DNA of 44,393 nt, counting the filler, from an uncultured virus (IMG/VR IMGVR_UViG_2061766007_003500) (lineage: Duplodnaviria > Heunggongvirae > Uroviricota > Caudoviricetes). It is 7 parts of one record of this genome, joined end to end, with 100 filler letters (N's around TTAATTAATTAA, not from the genome) between each part and the next. Parts side by side here need not be neighbours in the genome. Positions count along the whole stretch, not along the records: positions 28,608 to 43,595 come from IMGVR_UViG_2061766007_003500; positions 43,696 to 44,393 come from IMGVR_UViG_2061766007_003500; 5 more parts are not named here. One strand, written 5' to 3'. The notes beneath the pieces are model-generated. The model did not search any database and was not told where the DNA came from. It saw only the letters and a list, made by a program, of their open reading frames with translations. The position numbers and the translations under genes are program-made. Position 1 is the stretch's first letter, and each line of letters begins with the position of its first letter. Positions 41,851 to 44,393 of this stretch are shown in pieces.

Positions 41851-42617
41851 NNNNNNNNNNNNNNNNNNNNNNNNNNNNNNNNNNNNNNNNNNNNNNNNNN
41901 NNNNNNNNNNNNNNNNNNNNNNNNNNNNNNNNNNNNNNNNNNNNNNNNNNNNNNNNNNNNNNNNNNNNNNNNNNNNNNNNNNNNNNNNNNNNNNNNNNNN
42001 NNNNNNNNNNNNNNNNNNNNNNNNNNNNNNNNNNNNNNNNNNNNNNNNNNNNNNNNNNNNNNNNNNNNNNNNNNNNNNNNNNNNNNNNNNNNNNNNNNNN
42101 NNNNNNNNNNNNNNNNNNNNNNNNNNNNNNNNNNNNNNNNNNNNNNNNNNNNNNNNNNNNNNNNNNNNNNNNNNNNNNNNNNNNNNNNNNNNNNNNNNNN
42201 NNNNNNNNNNNNNNNNNNNNNNNNNNNNNNNNNNNNNNNNNNNNNNNNNNNNNNNNNNNNNNNNNNNNNNNNNNNNNNNNNNNNNNNNNNNNNNNNNNNN
42301 NNNNNNNNNNNNNNNNNNNNNNNNNNNNNNNNNNNNNNNNNNNNNNNNNNNNNNNNNNNNNNNNNNNNNNNNNNNNNNNNNNNNNNNNNNNNNNNNNNNN
42401 NNNNNNNNNNNNNNNNNNNNNNNNNNNNNNNNNNNNNNNNNNNNNNNNNNNNNNNNNNNNNNNNNNNNNNNNNNNNNNNNNNNNNNNNNNNNNNNNNNNN
42501 NNNNNNNNNNNNTTCCGAAAGGCTCCGACGCGGCCATTCTCCGCGACTCTTTTTCCGATTGGCTGGACGGATGGTTCGAGTGGCTTTATGAGTGAAGATG
42601 AAATAGAGGTTTTGGAG

Positions 42618-43022
42618 ATGGAAGACTATGAGAAGAAAATGCTCGATTCTACGGAAAGGTTTCTTAGGAACTGCGCTGGCGCTCTGCTTGCCGTTATCGC
42701 TTGCGCTGTCATCGCCGCGTTCTGCGTATGCTCAGGAGGCTGCGCCACGGTCAGAACAAGAGGATTCGTTGGAGACGTTAGGAAGTCAGATTCATACATC
42801 GCTGGGAGCATTGAAAGCGCGGTGTCAGCTTTTGACGACGGAATTGGAAGAGCAGTCCGAGAAAGTCGAGGAATTGCAGACGAAGTTGACAGACTTGAGT
42901 TCCTGTTTAACAGATACGAACAAAACGCTTTGCGCTTACGAGACGAAATTGATAGAATACGAAGGCAAATTGAAGGCAAGGGCGAAGATAATTTGGGCGG
43001 CGGCGATTCTCATATTGATTAA
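42618..43022 (+). CDS. Lipoprotein with coiled coil, o-spanin-like
   Basis: RBS GAGG; hydrophobic AGALLAVIACAVIAAFCVC followed by SGG-C lipobox-like site. Confidence 0.6.
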   Translation: MEDYEKKMLDSTERFLRNCAGALLAVIACAVIAAFCVCSGGCATVRTRGFVGDVRKSDSYIAGSIESAVSAFDDGIGRAVRESRGIADEVDRLEFLFNRYEQNALRLRDEIDRIRRQIEGKGEDNLGGGDSHID

Positions 43023-43101
43023 CGTGCTTGGAAAGATTGCGGCGATAATCCTTCGGTTCAAGGGAATCAAGCTGCCGGAATTGCTGAATATTCTTTGGTG
43101 A
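42628..43101 (+). CDS. Signal peptide + coiled coil + C-terminal transmembrane protein, i-spanin-like
   Basis: AYA-QE signal peptidase I-like site, long heptad region, IIWAAAILILINVLGKIAAIIL; overlaps the lipoprotein gene in another frame. Confidence 0.6.
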   Translation: MRRKCSILRKGFLGTALALCLPLSLALSSPRSAYAQEAAPRSEQEDSLETLGSQIHTSLGALKARCQLLTTELEEQSEKVEELQTKLTDLSSCLTDTNKTLCAYETKLIEYEGKLKARAKIIWAAAILILINVLGKIAAIILRFKGIKLPELLNILW

Positions 43102-43108
43102 GGTTCAA

Positions 43109-43375
43109 ATGATAACCATTAGGGAAATAGCGGACGCGAACACGTCCATAAGCTCGACGAGATGGGCGTTCGCCGCCGTGGTCAAGGCGGACATAGCCAT
43201 AGTGACCCTTACTTTAATCGCCGGGCTTGCCGGGCACTTTATCGGAAAGCCTTTGGACTCCAAGGTCTATGACTATGTGGCGAAAGCCGTAGGGCTTTTG
43301 ACCGGAATACTGACTTTGGCGAAAGCCGCGCAAGGCTTCGAGCCCAAGCGCGAGAAAGAGGGGGAGCGAAAATGA
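43109..43375 (+). CDS. Holin-like two-transmembrane protein
   Basis: ISSTRWAF, two hydrophobic segments and a charged C-terminus; follows the spanin-like pair. Confidence 0.55.
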   Translation: MITIREIADANTSISSTRWAFAAVVKADIAIVTLTLIAGLAGHFIGKPLDSKVYDYVAKAVGLLTGILTLAKAAQGFEPKREKEGERK

Positions 43376-43595
43376 TTGGAATTGTCGAGGCGGCTTCTTT
43401 GTTTTTGGCGATTGCCGCCTGCTACTTGGCTTGGAAACTGGCTCCCGTTAAGGAAAGTTGGGGCGACTTGCTGAAGGACTTCGTCGACGTGAGCCCGGCG
43501 GTCGTCCTTTTTTTCTTTTCGGATTATCCCGCGATTGTCTTTTTGATGGCTTGCTTAATCGCGAATGAGTTCATTTACGACAATATGATTGCCGG
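43372..43595 (+). CDS. Small membrane protein (3' truncated)
   Basis: ATGA overlap; strongly hydrophobic. Confidence 0.5.
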
Positions 43596-43639
43596 NNNNN
43601 NNNNNNNNNNNNNNNNNNNNNNNNNNNNNNNNNNNNNNN

Positions 43640-43651
43640 TTAATTAATTAA
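43640..43651. other. Artificial contig linker TTAATTAATTAA
   Basis: Six-frame stop palindrome flanked by Ns. Confidence 0.95.
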
Positions 43652-43762
43652 NNNNNNNNNNNNNNNNNNNNNNNNNNNNNNNNNNNNNNNNNNNNAGTTA
43701 TTAGAGAATATAAGAAAAGGTGGCAGATATGAAATGTTGCCATAAAATAAAGGAGGACTAGA

Positions 43763-44018
43763 ATGTTTGTCGTAATCTATGAGCATGAAATAACAGGTGC
43801 TTATCTACATCTCGATGAAAGAAAATGCGTAGAACATACAATTAACTTGGACTATTTGGAGCGAATGGAATATAAGCACGACTATCCGAACGGCTANNNN
43901 NNNNNNNNNNNNNNNNNNNNNNNNNNNNNNNNNNGTTGTCCTTTACAGAGAGGACGCGAACAAGGCTTATTCGTTGTTGAGAAGCAAAATTGGCGAAATT
44001 ATGAACAAGGAGGACTAA
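43763..44018 (+). CDS. Small hypothetical protein (gapped; end uncertain)
   Basis: RBS AAGGAGG; MFVVIYEHEITG. Confidence 0.5.
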
Positions 44019-44019
44019 G

Positions 44020-44393
44020 GTGTATTATCTTTTCATAAGAAAAGAGAAAGACTTGAAGAAATACAAGGCGGATTTCGACAGGGTTCTTGACGGAATTGAA
44101 AAGGGAAAGACGCCTGTTTACAATGAAATTAGGAGCGCCAAAACCGTGCTTTTTGAGTCGTTCCCTTACCAAGCGTTGTCGGGCGTATTTCTCATTCTTG
44201 GAACATTGTTGCTTGACAAATGCAAAGTCAACGAACTCATCAAGATTGCAGTTGTCTTGGTGGTGAACAATGTTTGCTATGCACTAGCGAACTTCATCTT
44301 CGCCTACGCTAAGCATTACTTGCGAATTCGCTTGTGCAGAAGGCTTGGAATCGAGCCGACTGAAAGAAACATTGCGGTGATGGAATCTATGGA
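44020..44393 (+). CDS. Membrane protein, runs off the window end
   Basis: RBS AAGGAGG, GTG start; MYYLFIRKEKDL with two hydrophobic segments. Confidence 0.6.
   Translation, partial: MYYLFIRKEKDLKKYKADFDRVLDGIEKGKTPVYNEIRSAKTVLFESFPYQALSGVFLILGTLLLDKCKVNELIKIAVVLVVNNVCYALANFIFAYAKHYLRIRLCRRLGIEPTERNIAVMESM

Noticed and set aside
12774..43651. Six copies of palindromic TTAATTAATTAA as a biological repeat or attachment site
   Set aside because: Always isolated within N runs and encoding stops in all six frames; an assembly concatenation linker.
1..44393. Programmed frameshifts or stop-codon recoding
   Set aside because: Frame changes coincide with N gaps, and TAA, TAG and TGA all end genes at sensible positions (TAG at 9497, 20680, 26309 and 29433).
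1..44393. CRISPR array, tRNA/rRNA genes, integrase, reverse transcriptase
   Set aside because: None recognisable in the unmasked sequence; the large gaps mean absence is not proven.

Overview
A gappy, multi-contig assembly of a large tailed dsDNA bacteriophage with distantly T4-like head genes. Roughly a third of the window is N, and six artificial N-TTAATTAATTAA-N linkers split it into seven pieces, so adjacency across those linkers means nothing and many frame changes come from gap-length errors. Replication and recombination genes: DnaB-type and SNF2-type helicases, dUTPase, a split SbcC/Rad50 and SbcD/Mre11. Head genes: gp20-like portal, gp21-like prohead protease, gp23-like major capsid fragment. 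Also present: a Dps/ferritin-like protein, a GIY-YIG/NUMOD3 homing endonuclease, five or six DNA methyltransferase genes or fragments, a SWIM-finger protein, tail fibre/baseplate genes, and a lysis-type block with an overlapped lipoprotein/coiled-coil pair suggesting a diderm host. Most notable are (1) acidic modular proteins separated by a recurrent S-R/K-K-x-[IVL]-x-S linker, one directly downstream of the prohead protease, which may be capsid-packaged polyproteins; (2) convergent AT-rich alternative C-terminal cassettes behind tail fibre genes, resembling a shufflon; (3) a split, order-reversed Rad50; and (4) a leaderless promoter class shared by the sbcC C-terminal gene and sbcD. All functional calls are from motif recognition by eye; no searches were run.
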